Positions 12,953 through 26,356 of a stretch of DNA of 64,000 bases are shown piece by piece. The translations under genes were made by a program, and so were the position numbers. The DNA lies in assembly GCA_013239625.1 (NCBI GenBank), contig MU053365.1:684001-748000 (forward strand), in the 5' to 3' direction. Each line of letters starts with the position of its first letter. The stretch's first letter is position 1. The stretch is from Lama guanicoe (taxonomy: Eukaryota). Below the pieces are notes generated by a model that searched no databases, was not told where the DNA came from, and was given only the letters and a program-made list of their open reading frames with translations.

Positions 12953-13740
12953 CAGAGAAGGGGGCCTCCCACACAGCTGGCGGGAGTGCGGCTTGGTGCA
13001 GCCACTGTGGAAAACAGTGTGCAGATTCCTCAAAAGACTAGGAACAGACTTACCAGATGACCCAGGAATCTCATTCCTGGGCATATATCCAGAAGGAACC
13101 CTACTTCAGGATGACACCTGCACCCCAGTGTTCATAGCAGCACTGTTTACAGTAGCCAAGACATGGAAACAGCCTAAATGCCCATCAACAGATGACTGGA
13201 TAAAGAAGTGGTGATATATTTATACAATGGAATACTACTCAGCCATAAAAACCGACAACATAACACCATTTGCAGCAACAACCGACAACACCATTTGCAG
13301 CAACTTGGATGTCCCTGGAGAATGTCATTCTAAGTGAAGTAAGTCAGAAAGAGAAGGAAAAATACCACAAGATATCATTAACATGTGGAATCTAAAAAGA
13401 AAAAGGGAAAAAAAAGGACACTATCAACTCATCTACAAAACAGAAATAGACTTGCACACATAGTAAACAATCTTATGGTTACCACGGAAAGGGAGTGGGA
13501 AGGGATAAATTTGGGAGTTTGAGATTTACAAATGTTAGCTGCTATACATAAAAATAGATTTTAAAATTTTCTTCTACATAGCACAGGGAACTATGTTCAG
13601 TATCTTGTAACAACTTTTAATGAAAAAGAATATGAAAACAAATATATGCATGTATATGCATGACTGGAACATTGTGCTGCACACCAGAAATTGACACATT
13701 GTAACTGACTATAGTTCAATTTTTAAAAAGTACAAAAAAG
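12953..13740 (+). mobile_element. Young camelid-type L1 3' end (ORF2 C-terminus and 3' UTR)
   Basis: ORF 12882-13214 ends in CTPVFIAALFTVAKTWKQPKCPSTDDWIKK (L1 ORF2 C-terminus), followed by a 3' UTR and A-rich tail. Confidence 0.93.
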
Positions 13741-14808
13741 AAGGAACGCCGCTATAAAACTCCCAAATTTCAACTTGGTTTTGAATGAAAAGCTAAGAAA
13801 ATAGTGAGAACCCCTTAGATCCAGCCAATCGTTACATACATCGATTCAGATGGAACATAGATCAAAGAGTATCCCAGAAACATACCCATGTACACTCAGA
13901 GCTCAATACAACCTAACTAGCACATAAGGCAGGTGTTAATATTATTCCCCAAACCACATTTGCACGGTATTTCAAATATTTATAGCTTGTTATAAATTAC
14001 ACCAAGGTCACATATCAAAGGATGAAAATCACCCATATTAAATTAATCAGAGATTTTAGAAAATTATACATTGCACATGGCTGAGTATAATCCATTTAAT
14101 GTTTCAATGTCACGGAACATTTGCTTTATAAATAAAATATGAAAGTGATTAAGATCCCACAGACCCTCAGGAATATTACAAATCTACATGAGACCCCCCT
14201 AAGCTCCAGATTTGTATCTCTGGATTTGGGTTAGTTGAGAAAAATAAAAAATCACGCAACTGAACGAGATCTCACTAGCTGGTGATGCTTCACAAGAAAG
14301 TCAACGTCAGCATGCGGAAAAGTGAAATTCAATATCCCAGCTTTTAATACTCTGATTTCCTATGGCAGGTTTCAAATTTTACCCTCAGCTCTATAAATAC
14401 GGTTGCCACTCTCCTTTTATGGAAACTTAAGTGCACGCTGAAGGCAGGATTTGGCTCAAAGACTTTCTACATTCCATCAACATTCCTGTTGTTAAAAGCA
14501 CCTTCAAACATATATGCCATTACAAACTAAGACTGAATTTCAGGACAAGATGTAAAATGTAGACTTTGGAGATGTCTGCCGAACCATTTAAAATATTCCT
14601 CCAGCTCCTTCACCGAAAACAAACACAACCTTTGCCTCCTCCAGAATTAGGCAACTTCCCCAAAGTCACCAGGCAGCCAGAATTTCTCAGTGATTCTGAA
14701 GATGCAATTCTCTGTTTCTCACATTCCACAGGCATCCTTCCCATTCCTTTAGAGTCATACTTCATGGTTTATATTTCATTTAAAAAACTAATTAAAATTA
14801 ATTTTGCT

Positions 14809-15734
14809 TCATAGCAAAACAACCCAATCAAAAAATGGGCAGAAAACTTAACAGACATTTCTCCAAACATACAGATGGCCAACTGGCACATAAAAAGATG
14901 CTCAATATCACTAACTATCAGAGAAATGCAAATCAAAACTACAATGAGGTATCATCTCACACCAGTCAGAATGGCCATCATTCAAAAGTCCACAAATGAT
15001 AAATGCTGGAGAGGATGTGGGAAAAAGGGAACTCTACACTGTTTGTGGGAATGTAGTTTGGTGCAGCCACTGTGGAAAACAGTATGGAGATTTTTTTAAA
15101 AACCAAAAAAACTGCTATGATCCAGCAGTCCCACTCCTGGGCATATATCTGGAGGGAACTCTAATTAGAAAAGATACATGCACCTCATTGTTCATAACAG
15201 CACTATTTACAATAGCCAAGGTGTGGAAGCAATCCAAATGTCCACTGACAGATGACTGGATAAAGAAGGTGTGGTATATACATAGAATGGAATACTACTC
15301 GGCCATAAAAAAGAATAAAATGCCATTTGCAGCAACATGGATGGACCTAGAGATTATCATACTAAGTGAAGTATGTCAGACAAAGACAAATATTATATGA
15401 TATCACTTACATGTGGAATCTGAAAAAAATGATAGAAATGAACTTATTTCCAAAACAAAAAGAGACTCATAGACATAGAAAACAAACTTGTGGTTACCAG
15501 AGGGGGAAGGAGGGAGGAATAAATTAGGAGCTTAGGATTAGCAGATACAAACTACTATATATAAAATAGATAAACAACAAGGTCTTACTGTATAGCACAA
15601 GGAACTACATTCAATATCTTTTAATAACCTAAAATGAAAAAGAATATATATATATATGTATAAGTGAATCACTATGCTGTGCATCAGAGATGAACATACT
15701 GTAAACCAACTATAATTCAATTAAAAAATAAAAT
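14809..15734 (+). mobile_element. L1 3' end (ORF2 C-terminus and 3' UTR) with 14-bp TSD
   Basis: [27 protein letters not shown] and EYYSAIK motifs of ORF2; TSD AAATTAATTTTGCT at 14795-14808 and 15735-15748. Confidence 0.95.
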
Positions 15735-17101
15735 AAATTAATTTTGCTCTGAGAACCTTTTGATAGCTTTATCACACCATCTGGACAAATCCACTGACAC
15801 ATTGGGGCATGTCAAAATCAGGGCTGCCGATTCCAAAGTAAGCCTCACCAGACTGTATAATCCAATAACTAACTATGGCTTTGCTGTTAACCTTTCTAAT
15901 CAAATACCAGCTAGAGAGAGAGGTCAGTGCTGACAGAGGACCCTGGTCTCATGGCTCATAGTCTCTACTGGGCCTCCATAAAGGCAACAAGGCTAGACTA
16001 CAGCTGTATGTGTCAGGCATGATACAACTGCCTCTTTACAGGGTGCACTAAATATTCCCTTTTAGCAGGAATTCTAAAGATGACAAGGCATCACCAACTA
16101 CTTACAAGAAGTCATCTTATTATTCTTATTGGAAAAGTGCACTTGGCAGACGGTTTCAGCCCAAACCCTCTTCTAGATCTGATCAGACGGTAAAGGCCTA
16201 CGGGCACACGACCAGTACAGAACTTATCTAAGGGGAAGGAAAACACACAGAATTTTAGAACCCTTTCAAAGAGATTTGGTCCTTTATAATGAAATTCAAA
16301 ATACAGTTTCTAAGTCATAAACTCATTGATATGAATCTTCAGATGATAAAAGAAACAGTTTGTAGTAGGTCACATATCTGCGATGTACAGAGCATTCCTC
16401 AAGGATTTGTATAGAGTGGTGTCTGTTGCTTTAATGTCACCCTCTAGTCTAGACAGGCGAAGTCCTCAAATGATTCTGTACCCCATCCTAGAGACAACTT
16501 GGGATAATGCAAGGATTTGGTGATCTGGAAGATATGGGTGAAAGGTCCATTTACTGGCCATTTACTAGCTGAGCGTGGATGGGGGCCAGTCACTCTCTCT
16601 GAGATTCTGTTTCCTCCTCTTGGATTACTCAGCTCATAGTAAGACCTCAGTGTCCTTCTCCACATCTTGATGCTAATGATCCTTAAAAGGTCTTTAGCAA
16701 ATGAAGCCAAATTCTTGTCATGGACTTAGAGCAATAGAGGTGTGTAAGGCCCAGAAACAAGATCAGATGCTCTCGGAGTTATGCTTTCTTAAAAAAAGGG
16801 AACAAGTTATTTATTTCACTCTCATTAACTTGAGCCTAAATCAGGAAAAAAGTCATTTCTGTGGCATTGTGTCAACCAGAAATCTCTGTTAATTGGCACT
16901 TCTGTGTGTATCTCTCATGCTGTACAGTGACAATTGGATGCCCATAGTCATGACCTGAAGGTACTGCAAAATCTGGAAGTGTCACCTGAATCTTCAAAGA
17001 TTCAATTATATACAATCTAGTTTTGGCATTAAGTGATGGAAAATTGGTGATCTTTGCATGGATCAGAAACTGTGAAAAATCTTCTGTAGACCCTTCGTAT
17101 G

Positions 17102-17478
17102 TGTCTTAGTTAGCTTGGGCTGTTAAACCAAAAATACCATAGACTGGGTGGCTTAAAACAGACGTTGATTTCTCACAGTTCTGGAGGCTGGAAGTCCAAG
17201 GTCAGGGTGCCAGCATGGTCGGGTTCTGGTGAGAGCCCTCTTCAGGGCTGCAGACGACCGCCTTCCTGCTGTGTCCTTACATGGAAGAGAGCAAAGAGGG
17301 GAGGCAGGCTCTCTCCTGACTTTTATAAGGGCACTAATCCCATTCATGAGGCTCCACTCTCATGACCTCGTCTAATCCCAGCTCTCTCCCAAAGGCTTCA
17401 CCTCAAAATACCATCATATTGGGAATTAGGGTTTCAACACACAAGTTTTAGAGGGATATAAACATTCTGTTCCTGACA
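17102..17478 (-). mobile_element. MaLR solo LTR (MLT1A-like)
   Basis: tgtcttagt..ataccatagactgggtggctta..tctcacagttctggaggctggaagtccaag..tataagggcactaatcccattcatgagg is the antisense MLT1A pattern. Confidence 0.9.
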
Positions 17479-17592
17479 ACATGCCATGGCAGTTACCAGG
17501 CTTGGGAATACAATGTAAAATATGAAGGCTGCTAGAAAGTGGGCTGGCTTCAGAAAGCATAATAAATCTATCTGCAAAGCTGACTTAACCTC

Positions 17593-18890
17593 TTTTATTA
17601 TTTTGAAAGAATGTTAGACTTTATAGAGAAGTTGCAAGCATAGTACAGAGACTTGATGTACATCCTCTGCCCAGCTTTCCATAATGTTAACAACTTCCAG
17701 AACTGCAATACAATTATCAAAAGAATGGGGAATCAACACAACTAAATTTCACCAGGTTTTTCCCTAATGCCCATTTTTCTGTTACAGGATCCCATTCGGG
17801 ATTCCTAATTGCATCTAGTTGTGTCTCCTTGGTCTCCTCCAATCTGTGACAATTCCCCCAGTTTTCCTTGTCTTTCATGACCTTGACACTTCTGATGAAT
17901 ACTAGTCAATTATTTTGCAAAAGGTCTCTCCAATTGGGTCTGTCAGGTATTATATCATGATTATTTGGAGGTTATGCTTTTAGAAAAGAATACCACAGAA
18001 GTGACATTGAAGTTATCGTAGCTCTACTCAGTGCATCACCACAGGGAGTTTGTGATGTCAATATATCCTATTACTGGTAATGTGAGCCTTCATCACTTAG
18101 TTAAGGTGAGTCTGCTAGGTTGCTAAAGTTACTATTTTTTTTCCATTGTAACTGATCAAAATTTGGAGGAGATACTTTGAGACTACGTTAACATCTTGTT
18201 TCTCTTCAAACATTCATCCGCGGGTTTTAGTATCCATTGGCGGATACTGCCTGCCACGATTATACCATGGTCCTTCTCAAACGGTGACTTTGTATTTCAT
18301 TCATTTACTCAATTCACGGCAGTATGAATCCATGGATATTTATTTTGTTGTATGAGTTATACCCCATTAATAATATTATTTATTGTTTAAATTGTCCAAG
18401 ATTTGACCATTATGTGCTCTTTCATGTTGGCTTCTGTGAATTTTCACATGCCTTAATCTTTTTTAGACTTCATAACTTCTAGCCCTGTAAGATATTCAGA
18501 CTGACTTTATACTTTTCTTGCCCAGCTGAAATCAATCACTTCACCAAGTGTTCCTGGTTTGCTTATTAAAGCACAGTATTTAGAAACCAAGATCTGGGTG
18601 CTAGCTGTGCTCATCACCAATAAGAATGTCACTTACTCTTAGGCTCTCACAGCAGATCAAACTAGAAAATATGTGTATGTATGCACACACATATCTATCA
18701 TCTATATTTCTATCTAAGTATATGCGTTCATATTGATACCTCCAATTGCAAGTTTCATTCTAGCTTTCTCTTTGCTTATTTGAACTCCCTTTTCCAACAG
18801 TGAGATAACTATACTCATTAGCTACAATATATTCACATGTTTGATCAATCCTAATATAAATCCTAACATAGTTTCAGAACTATGAAAGTG
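17593..18890 (-). mobile_element. Old L1 (L1MC/L1MD-like) 3' UTR
   Basis: agactttatagagaagttgcaag..ttgtctttcatgaccttgacact..gtatttagaaaccaagatctgggtgctag resemble antisense L1MC/MD 3' UTR blocks. Confidence 0.75.
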
Positions 18891-18929
18891 TCTGGCCTGG
18901 CACGTTTCTGTGAGGTAGTTCATTAACAA

Positions 18930-19720
18930 ACTTCTCTATTCCTTTTATGGATATTGATCTGTTTAGACTTCCTAAATCAAATGATCTAAATTTTGGTGAT
19001 CCATATTTTTCTAGGAAATTATCAATTTTACCTAAGTTTTCAATTTTGCATAGATGTCAGAAAAGTAGTAGTCTTTTGCAATTTTTAAATTATTTTCTCA
19101 AATGGATGTTTCTTCTTTCTCATCTCTCATTTAGTAGTTTTGCTTCTTCTTTAATAAGTTAGGTAGTGGTTTCTCTACTTGCATAATTTTTTTAAAATAC
19201 AGGATCTTGATTTAGTGATTAGATCTCTTTTTTTTTCTGTTCTCTGTCTCATTATGTTCCATTTTAATCTTTATTACTTCCTTCCTGTGCTTTCTTTGGA
19301 TGTATTTTATTGTTCTTTTTCTAGTTTTTTTGATATGGGTATTTTCCCACTTATTTCCAGTCCTTCATTTTTATTGGTAAAAGTATTCACTGCAATAAAT
19401 TTTCCTCTGATCACTGTTTTATGTGCATCCCATAGATTTTTATGTGTAGTTTTTTTAATTGCAATTTTTAAATCTATAATCTCAGTCTGTATTTCCTTGT
19501 CCATGCAGGAGTTTAGTTGGAGCTTTAAAACTTTCTGGATAAAAGTGACATTCTAGTTTTTATTTTGTTAGTGATTTCTAGTTTTATTATATTGTGATGG
19601 GAGAGTATCATTTACACTATTTCTACTTTATGAAAATGATGGTTGTTTGCTTTGTGACCTAATACATGATGAATTTTTGTGAATGCATCATTACATAGGA
19701 AGTGAAATTTTATACTTATC
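18930..19720 (-). mobile_element. Old L1 ORF2 5' part (endonuclease end/linker), decayed
   Basis: Minus-strand peptides FTKIHHVLGHK and NLWDAHKTVIRGKFIA..KKLEKEQ match L1 ORF2 (KIDHILGHK; NLWDAAKAVLRGKFIA). Confidence 0.85.
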
Positions 19721-19739
19721 AATTGAGGAAGCCCTCCCT

Positions 19740-20590
19740 TCCAAGAAACAGTTACAAAGCACAAGAAACTGTAAGCCAACGCTGTAAAAGAATTAAATAT
19801 ATGCAAAAAGAATATTCTCAAAAAGGCATCTGAAGATATGAAAAACCACCATGAATAAGGATTTCAGGAACTAAAATTTTAAATGTACAAGAAAAACAGA
19901 AAAGAATGAAAAGCAAGTTGATGAAATACAGGAAAGAAATAGAAAAGACAAAATTATCCAAAAAATAAAGGTGCAGAGGGAAGAATAGATTCAAATAAAA
20001 ATGTAACAATAGATATTGGAGAAAGGTAGGAAAACAACCAAGAGAATTAAAATGACATAGAAAAGAAAGTAAAGGGGGTTAGAGAGAAAGTAGTGGAAAT
20101 GGAAGGAAGGCAAAGAAAAAAATCATATTGATATTACTGGAGCCTCTGGCAAAGAAAAACAAAATGCTAAAACAGATAATGTTTAAAATTGTAACACAAG
20201 AAAATGTTTCTAAAATAGAAAAAGACCTAAATCAATTTCTTTGAATGAGCTCACTGCATACCTGGGAAAATTATCCAGAATGATCAGCTAAAAACATATG
20301 GTAGTAAAATTATCAGATTTGAAAGACAGCAGACTTTCAAGGTCTCTAGACAAAAACCATCACATGACTTACAAAGGCAAAAGAATGAGACAGGCATCAG
20401 AGTTTACAAAGGCAAGGCAACAGTGGAGCAATATTTAAAGAAAACAAAATCCAATGAAATGAAGTCACTAGATTTTGTATCTAGCCAGTCCGTTATTCAA
20501 GTCTGTTATATCAAGGCTACATATAAGGGGAAAAATAAGTCTCAACATACATGAACTCAGGGAATTCTGCACTCGTCAGCTCTTTTTGAA
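19740..20590 (+). mobile_element. Old L1/HAL1 ORF1-like region, decayed
   Basis: A-rich tract with caagaaaatgtttctaaaata..agacctaaat..ctcactgcatacctgggaaaatt..acttacaaaggcaaaagaatgagacaggcatcaga, resembling L1M ORF1 RRM/CTD-coding sequence. Confidence 0.65.
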
Positions 20591-20964
20591 GTTTTCCTCA
20601 GTCTCCCTTTGATCAGTGCAAAGCCTTGTATCAGAGCAGGGGCGGGGCAGAAGCACGAGATCATGCTCTGTGATTTGGTCATTTTTCCCTTTTTACTCAC
20701 AGTTATTCCACACTTTTGCCATTCTCTGTCTTCACGTTATGCTGAGCATTCAGTTTAGGGTAGAATTTACTTTTCTTATTTTGTTATTTCTCATGGTTTG
20801 TGGGAAAAATACTTTCAGAGAGCCAGCTATGCTAGTGACATTTGCCGTCAGCTAACTGCAATTTCTGACTTGACTTTTTAATGTGTCCAGTCAGAAGTTT
20901 CACATGGTGGGTGGGTGGGCATCATTTTTTTAATAAAACTTACACACTTGGTTCTAAAGTATCC

Positions 20965-21400
20965 TCCATGTATTTATTATTTACAATGCACTGTGCCAAG
21001 CACTTACCAGCATTAGTTCTTACAGATTCCAGTTTGAAAAAAATCTATGGTTTGAGATTTGCAAATATTATCTACTATATATGAAATAGGTAAACAACAA
21101 GTTTCTTCTGTGTAGCACAGGGAACTATATTCAAAATCTTGCAGTAACCTATAACGAAAAAGAATAGGAAAAAGAATATATGTATTTATAGGTATGACAG
21201 AAATATGCCATACACCAGAAATTGACACGACATTGTATACTGACTATTCTACAATAAAAAAATCTATGAACTAGCTACTATTATCCACCTTTTACAAATG
21301 AGGAAAGTGAGGCAGAGAAAAGCGAAGTAACTGCCCAAGGATCAAAAACAGTACAGCTCCATTCCAAAGTCGGAGCTCCTAACTGTGCCTCTACACTGCC
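20965..21400 (-). mobile_element. MIR SINE split by an L1 insertion
   Basis: gcactgtgccaagcactt.. before the L1 and tattatccaccttttacaaatgaggaaagtgaggcagaga..aagtaactgcccaagg after it. Confidence 0.75.
21050..21255 (+). mobile_element. L1 3' UTR fragment with TSD, inserted in the MIR
   Basis: gtttgagatttgcaaata..tagcacagggaactatattcaa; TSD AAAAAAATCTATG at 21037-21049 and 21256-21268. Confidence 0.92.
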
Positions 21401-21439
21401 TGTCTCCTTCTTCCTCCACTCACTATACGGCCTCAACAG

Positions 21440-22120
21440 CCACACTCAAGTCATCGTTGATTCCTCATGCTCACTCAGTCCCTTGAGTAAGTTCCATCTG
21501 TTTATCTCCAAAATATCTCCTTTTCTCTCCATCTGTAATTCCGTGACTCTGATCCAAGCCAGAATCAACTCTCACCAGGACAGTTGCCATAATAACCTCC
21601 CTGCTTCCGCCATCACCCCCTCCAATCCATTTTCCACACTGGCACCAGAGCAAATTTTTATTAATAAAACCTAAATCAAATCTTGTCACTGCCTAACTTG
21701 AATTCTCCAATGGCTTCCCACTACACTCAGAATGAAATCGTTCTGTCCCTGCCTACTTCTTTCCTTTCTAATTGCATCTCACGCCATGCTCCAACTTAAT
21801 TTAATTACCCTCTTCATGTCAATACTGGCCTTCTTTCTCGTCCTCAAAATTGCCAAGTTCATTCACGTCTCAGAGCCTTTGTGTTTGCTGCACAATGAGC
21901 ATGCCATACCCTCCTCCTGGCTCTTCCTTCAGGTCTCTATTCAAGTATCACCTCCTCTGAAAGACCTTTCCTATCAAAGTTAGTGTCTCCTCTCCACCAT
22001 GTCACCCAGTCCCTCCCTATCACATTAGCCAATGCCTGTTCGTTCTTGGCAGTCATCACCTCTTGCTTTATCTTGCCATTTACTGTATCTTCAAGTACCT
22101 AGAATGTGTAGCACAATAAT
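21440..22120 (+). mobile_element. L2 LINE fragment
   Basis: aatccattttccacactggcaccagag..aaatcaaatcttgtcactgcct..tccaatggcttccca..ctcagaatgaaatc is L2a-like. Confidence 0.8.
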
Positions 22121-23761
22121 GGGGACATAGGACCTAACAAAACATTTTTATGCTGAAAGAAGTATCTAAAGCTTGTCGTTGGGATACTGAGACACTGACA
22201 TTTCTAAGTCCTTCTGATGATTTATGGGACTTAGATAAAATCTTCTAAAATAAACCATACTTGAAAATTCACAATATGTGGATTTCAAGTATCAAAGTCA
22301 TGGCCTTAAGAAGTTCCTACTCTCTAGTTGGAAGGGGAAAAGGAGACACCCATAATACATGCACATGTCACTTACACTGAATGCCAAGCGAGGGCCACAG
22401 AAGTTAGATGCCAAGGGAGTTTAAAGAGCTGGGGAATCCTAAAGGCAGATGAACTGAAAATATTTCTGAAGGGTTTGAATTATGCAGTCAGAACCTACTT
22501 CAGGGAGGTCCACCCTAGGAACAAACTCCTGGGGATCGGCGGGGAGTTTGGGGGTGGCAGACACATGGAGAGAGGAGATAAATTCCCAGGAATGGTAGTG
22601 GAGGAACACGTTAAGACTCTGTTCTGCCACACTGCGAGAAAAGGTGAATTGTCAACAAACATTTCCTACACTTGATATCTTTTGTATGGTGAGCCGCACA
22701 TTTAATAAAGAAGCAGCTGCCACTACTGAACGATTAATCAATACTGGTAAGCTGACATCCTAAGAACTGCTGAACTGAAGCTTTTCTTTCCCTCCCGCAT
22801 TTACAAATAAAGTGCTCACTATTTGACTAAAGCCTCTCAACTTGACCGGAAAATATCAGAGTCCTATTTAAATGGCATTTGCAGAGAATGAGATTTTCTT
22901 CTGGCCACTGCTCCTTATCGCTAATAATAACATCAGATTAGTGGATTTAGGCCAGCGGAAGAGCAGTGCCTTTTCTGATCCCTTCTTAAAGCAGCCCTTT
23001 GCATCTGTCCTGCCAAGCCATCCCCCTCCCCACCCCCCAAACTGTTTGGGCCAATGAGCAACTGCTAAATGGCACTGCGTTGATACCAGGAGGGCTGTCT
23101 ACCTAAAAACCTATTGTGTTGCTGAATTCTGCCCAAGACTTTCTCAGATCTGCCGAGCCTAGAAAGATCAGAACACCTGCAATGATTACAGGTGCAAAGA
23201 TTCCTCCAGACAATCACCACCCAATGTTGACCAGTAGCAGGAATTAAAACCAAAAACCGACCTAATTCCAACTGCTAAAGCTTTTCAAATGACCTTCATT
23301 CATCAAAGTTTCATCTGGCATCATTTCAACTCATCAGATACAATGCTGTTTTACATTTTAGAGGAGACTAAAAGTTGTGATGGCTGATTGCTTTGGGGGA
23401 AAAAAAAATCCACGGCCAAATGCACATTTGCACACTTAGATGATTATAGGGAAGCTGCCTTTATTATTATTTTTACATGAATTGTGCCAGTCTGAAGACT
23501 GCACACAATTTAAAATTGAAAATGCCAGGTCTCCCAAGAACAAATCGAAGCATTTCTAAAGCTCTATCATAAATAAGTACATTTAATTTCCTTTTTCAGC
23601 ATTTGGCACTTTAAAAGCCCTTTTACAATTCGCACCTATGCTACTTAAGTTAATAACTGACATTTCCTTTCGTAATGCATATGTAAGTCTGAGTACTGCT
23701 GTGAACCTGAGATAAGCCGGGAGACCGGGGGACTCAGTAAGAAGCCAATGTTTCAAGATCA

Positions 23762-23783
23762 CGCTGATCGCTGATCGCTGATC
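23762..23783. repeat. (CGCTGAT)3 heptamer tandem repeat
   Basis: Read directly. Confidence 0.9.
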
Positions 23784-25539
23784 TTCTCTTGCCTATTTTG
23801 TTTTTCAATATGGTCTTGTTCGTTCTTAACTCTGCCCAAAGAGTATCTCTAGGTGGTAGAGAACCCCATGCCAAGCAGAGCCAAATGGTTTGACTTCATC
23901 AAGCCATATGGCTTGAACTGAATGTTTAGCAAGGTTAAAGCAAGACTGTTCTTTTCAAAAACAGCACTAACCGACACAAAGGAAAAACTCTGAGTCTGGT
24001 GTCCGATTGTTTCACCTACATATTTTTCAATGCCTTGCACTGTTAACAAAGTTACACTAAAAACATAATATGAGCAATCGAAGGATGCTTTTATGGAAAG
24101 GATGCACTCAGCTGTCAATTTATACATGTCATAAAGTCAGTAATGTATCCTGCATGTGACATAATGTATCTTCATTTCACAGGGTCACAATGAGTACACA
24201 GCTACATTTCCCCCAGGACGCCTGCAGACGCTGAACCAGGCAGCATCCTCATTTTGAAACAAACCTGGGCTGATTTGGATGAATATCTTCAAGAATCAAC
24301 AACTATGTAAGTTCTGCATTATTTTTCTGGAGTTAAAATGGAAACACACACTTTTGAGAAAGCCCTAATGATTTTAGTCCAAAGGAAAGGGGAGAAATAG
24401 GAAATGAAATAAATATGATCAGTTTAGATAAATATAGTGATTTTAATAATGAAAAGGGAAGTTAAGTTGGTCAAAACAAAGTTTACAAAGTTTATATTTT
24501 TACAGTTAACAAGAACAAAGTCTTCCTGGACATTAAACACAAACACCACACTGCCAGGCACCCCTTAGGTGTCAGTCTGTCCTTTTAGTTATTTAGAAGC
24601 TGCTGGCAAGAGTAGTGGCATTTTGTTTTATTTTCCTTTTCTTTTGTGTGACCCCTGCTCCAACCCCATTATGGTTCCTAAATGAAGCAATAACTCAGCC
24701 TGATGCTTAGGGTGAACTCGGGTTTCCCGCACCCTGCAGTGTGCAGGTCAGGATAGAGGACTAATGTCTGGAGATGGCGGCACCCAAGAGACTAAGACCT
24801 TGGACCCTACCAGTTGGCACTGGCACAGGAAGGATATTGGCCATTTTGCTTTCTTTTTGTTTGTGTGAGTTTGATTTTTTTTTTCATGCCTTTTTCCTTT
24901 GGAAGAAAGGGAGAGGAACCATGTTCTAGAAAGAGCCAGAATCTTCTCCCCTGCCTAAACAGCCATGTGTTCCCATTGTCATGTCTGGAGCTGGCTGGAC
25001 AGTGAAAGTTTCAGAGCTGGAGGCAATCAGAGATCATGGCTGAGACCCAGCAGATGCACTGTTTTCTCTTCCTTAGACTTTGTAACTTACCCTACTATTG
25101 TTTTATGATTTTGCACCCCAAAATGTTTAGAACCTTAAATGCAAGAACTTTCCAACTGGATCAAAAATTAATTATTAGAAATATGAGCATTTGAGGATTA
25201 CCTTCCACACACCCAAACCACCAAATGTATGCACTCTCCAAACTGTAAACATATTTAAAGTGGCCCCCAACCCTGACAGCTGATGTGAGAACGGTATGAT
25301 GGATTATTTAACTTTCTAAAGCATGCATTAGTGTTGTCGCTATTAATAGATGAAACCTTTATACTGTAGTGAACCATTTCCTATGATCAAAGTCATTTTT
25401 CCTCTATCTATCTCTGCATAAAACGCAGAGTTTCCGAGTAGCAATAAGGCGTGGGTGAGATGTGTGGTTATCCGAAGGTAATCACAGCCCTGTGGGAGCA
25501 GAAGGACTCAACTGTACCTTTTGCTTTGGGACTCCTCAG

Positions 25540-25915
25540 GGGGGCGATTATCTCCTGATAATCACATACCCTCACCCCATTGTGCCTTATTGCTTAATTA
25601 GCTACCGCATGAAATGTAGTTCTGTTTGCATCAACTTTATGTCTACCATAATTGCCCTGAGTTGCAGTTCCAAGATGAAAAAAGTGGATCAAATAACTAC
25701 ATATATTTTGTTTGATTAATCATGAAAAAATCATTAAGGGATTAAAGTGAAACCATTTTCCTCCTGCTGATCATGTTCAGCAATTTGAAATTATTTTATG
25801 ATCCTGATCAATGTAATTAATGAGAATGGCTGTTAATTAGTTACACTAGCAGGTGGGCCATGAAAAATGTATTCACTTAATAATACCATAGAACAACACG
25901 CGATTAAGCCTTCCT
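25540..25915. promoter_or_regulatory. Candidate conserved enhancer, rich in homeodomain sites
   Basis: Repeat-free block with cttaattag, cataattg, gattaatc, ggattaa, gtaattaat, gttaattag; function is inferred only. Confidence 0.4.
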
Positions 25916-26090
25916 GTGTGGGTTTCACCTGGTGCACAGACAGAAAGTCCCTGGCCCGCTCCCCTTCTCCCTTCCTCGGCCACCTGTGCTTCCCGGCCCC
26001 CTTCTAGGGCCTTGCTAGGGCGATGTGCAGAAACAGCAGGGCTGGAGATTTTAAATGCTATTAAGCATTTTTCAGCTTAAAAGTTCTCCT

Positions 26091-26158
26091 CTACTATGTA
26101 TAAAATAGATAAACAACAAAGTCCTACTGTAGAGCACGGGGAACTAGATTCAAAAAAG
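26091..26158 (+). mobile_element. Very short L1 3' UTR fragment
   Basis: ctactatgtataaaatagataaacaacaaagtcctactgtagagcacggggaactagattcaa, the same motif as the other young L1 copies. Confidence 0.8.
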
Positions 26159-26356
26159 ATATAATAGTTCCCTATGTGGCAACGCCCTCCAAGCAGAGGC
26201 TCCTGGTAAACTCCACTGAGATCCTCTCCGTTTCAAAAGAACTGACGGGAGCCTCATCCTAGAAATACAGCAGCTCAGACACCTTCATCCTTCTCTGCCC
26301 CATCTGATGTCTCGGACTAATCCTTTCTGTAGAGAGGGCAGAGGCAGTAACCCCTT

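Noticed and set aside
12882..15400. ORFs of 74-134 aa resembling real protein
   Set aside because: Fragments of L1 ORF2 C-termini in 5'-truncated, frameshifted copies; not host genes.
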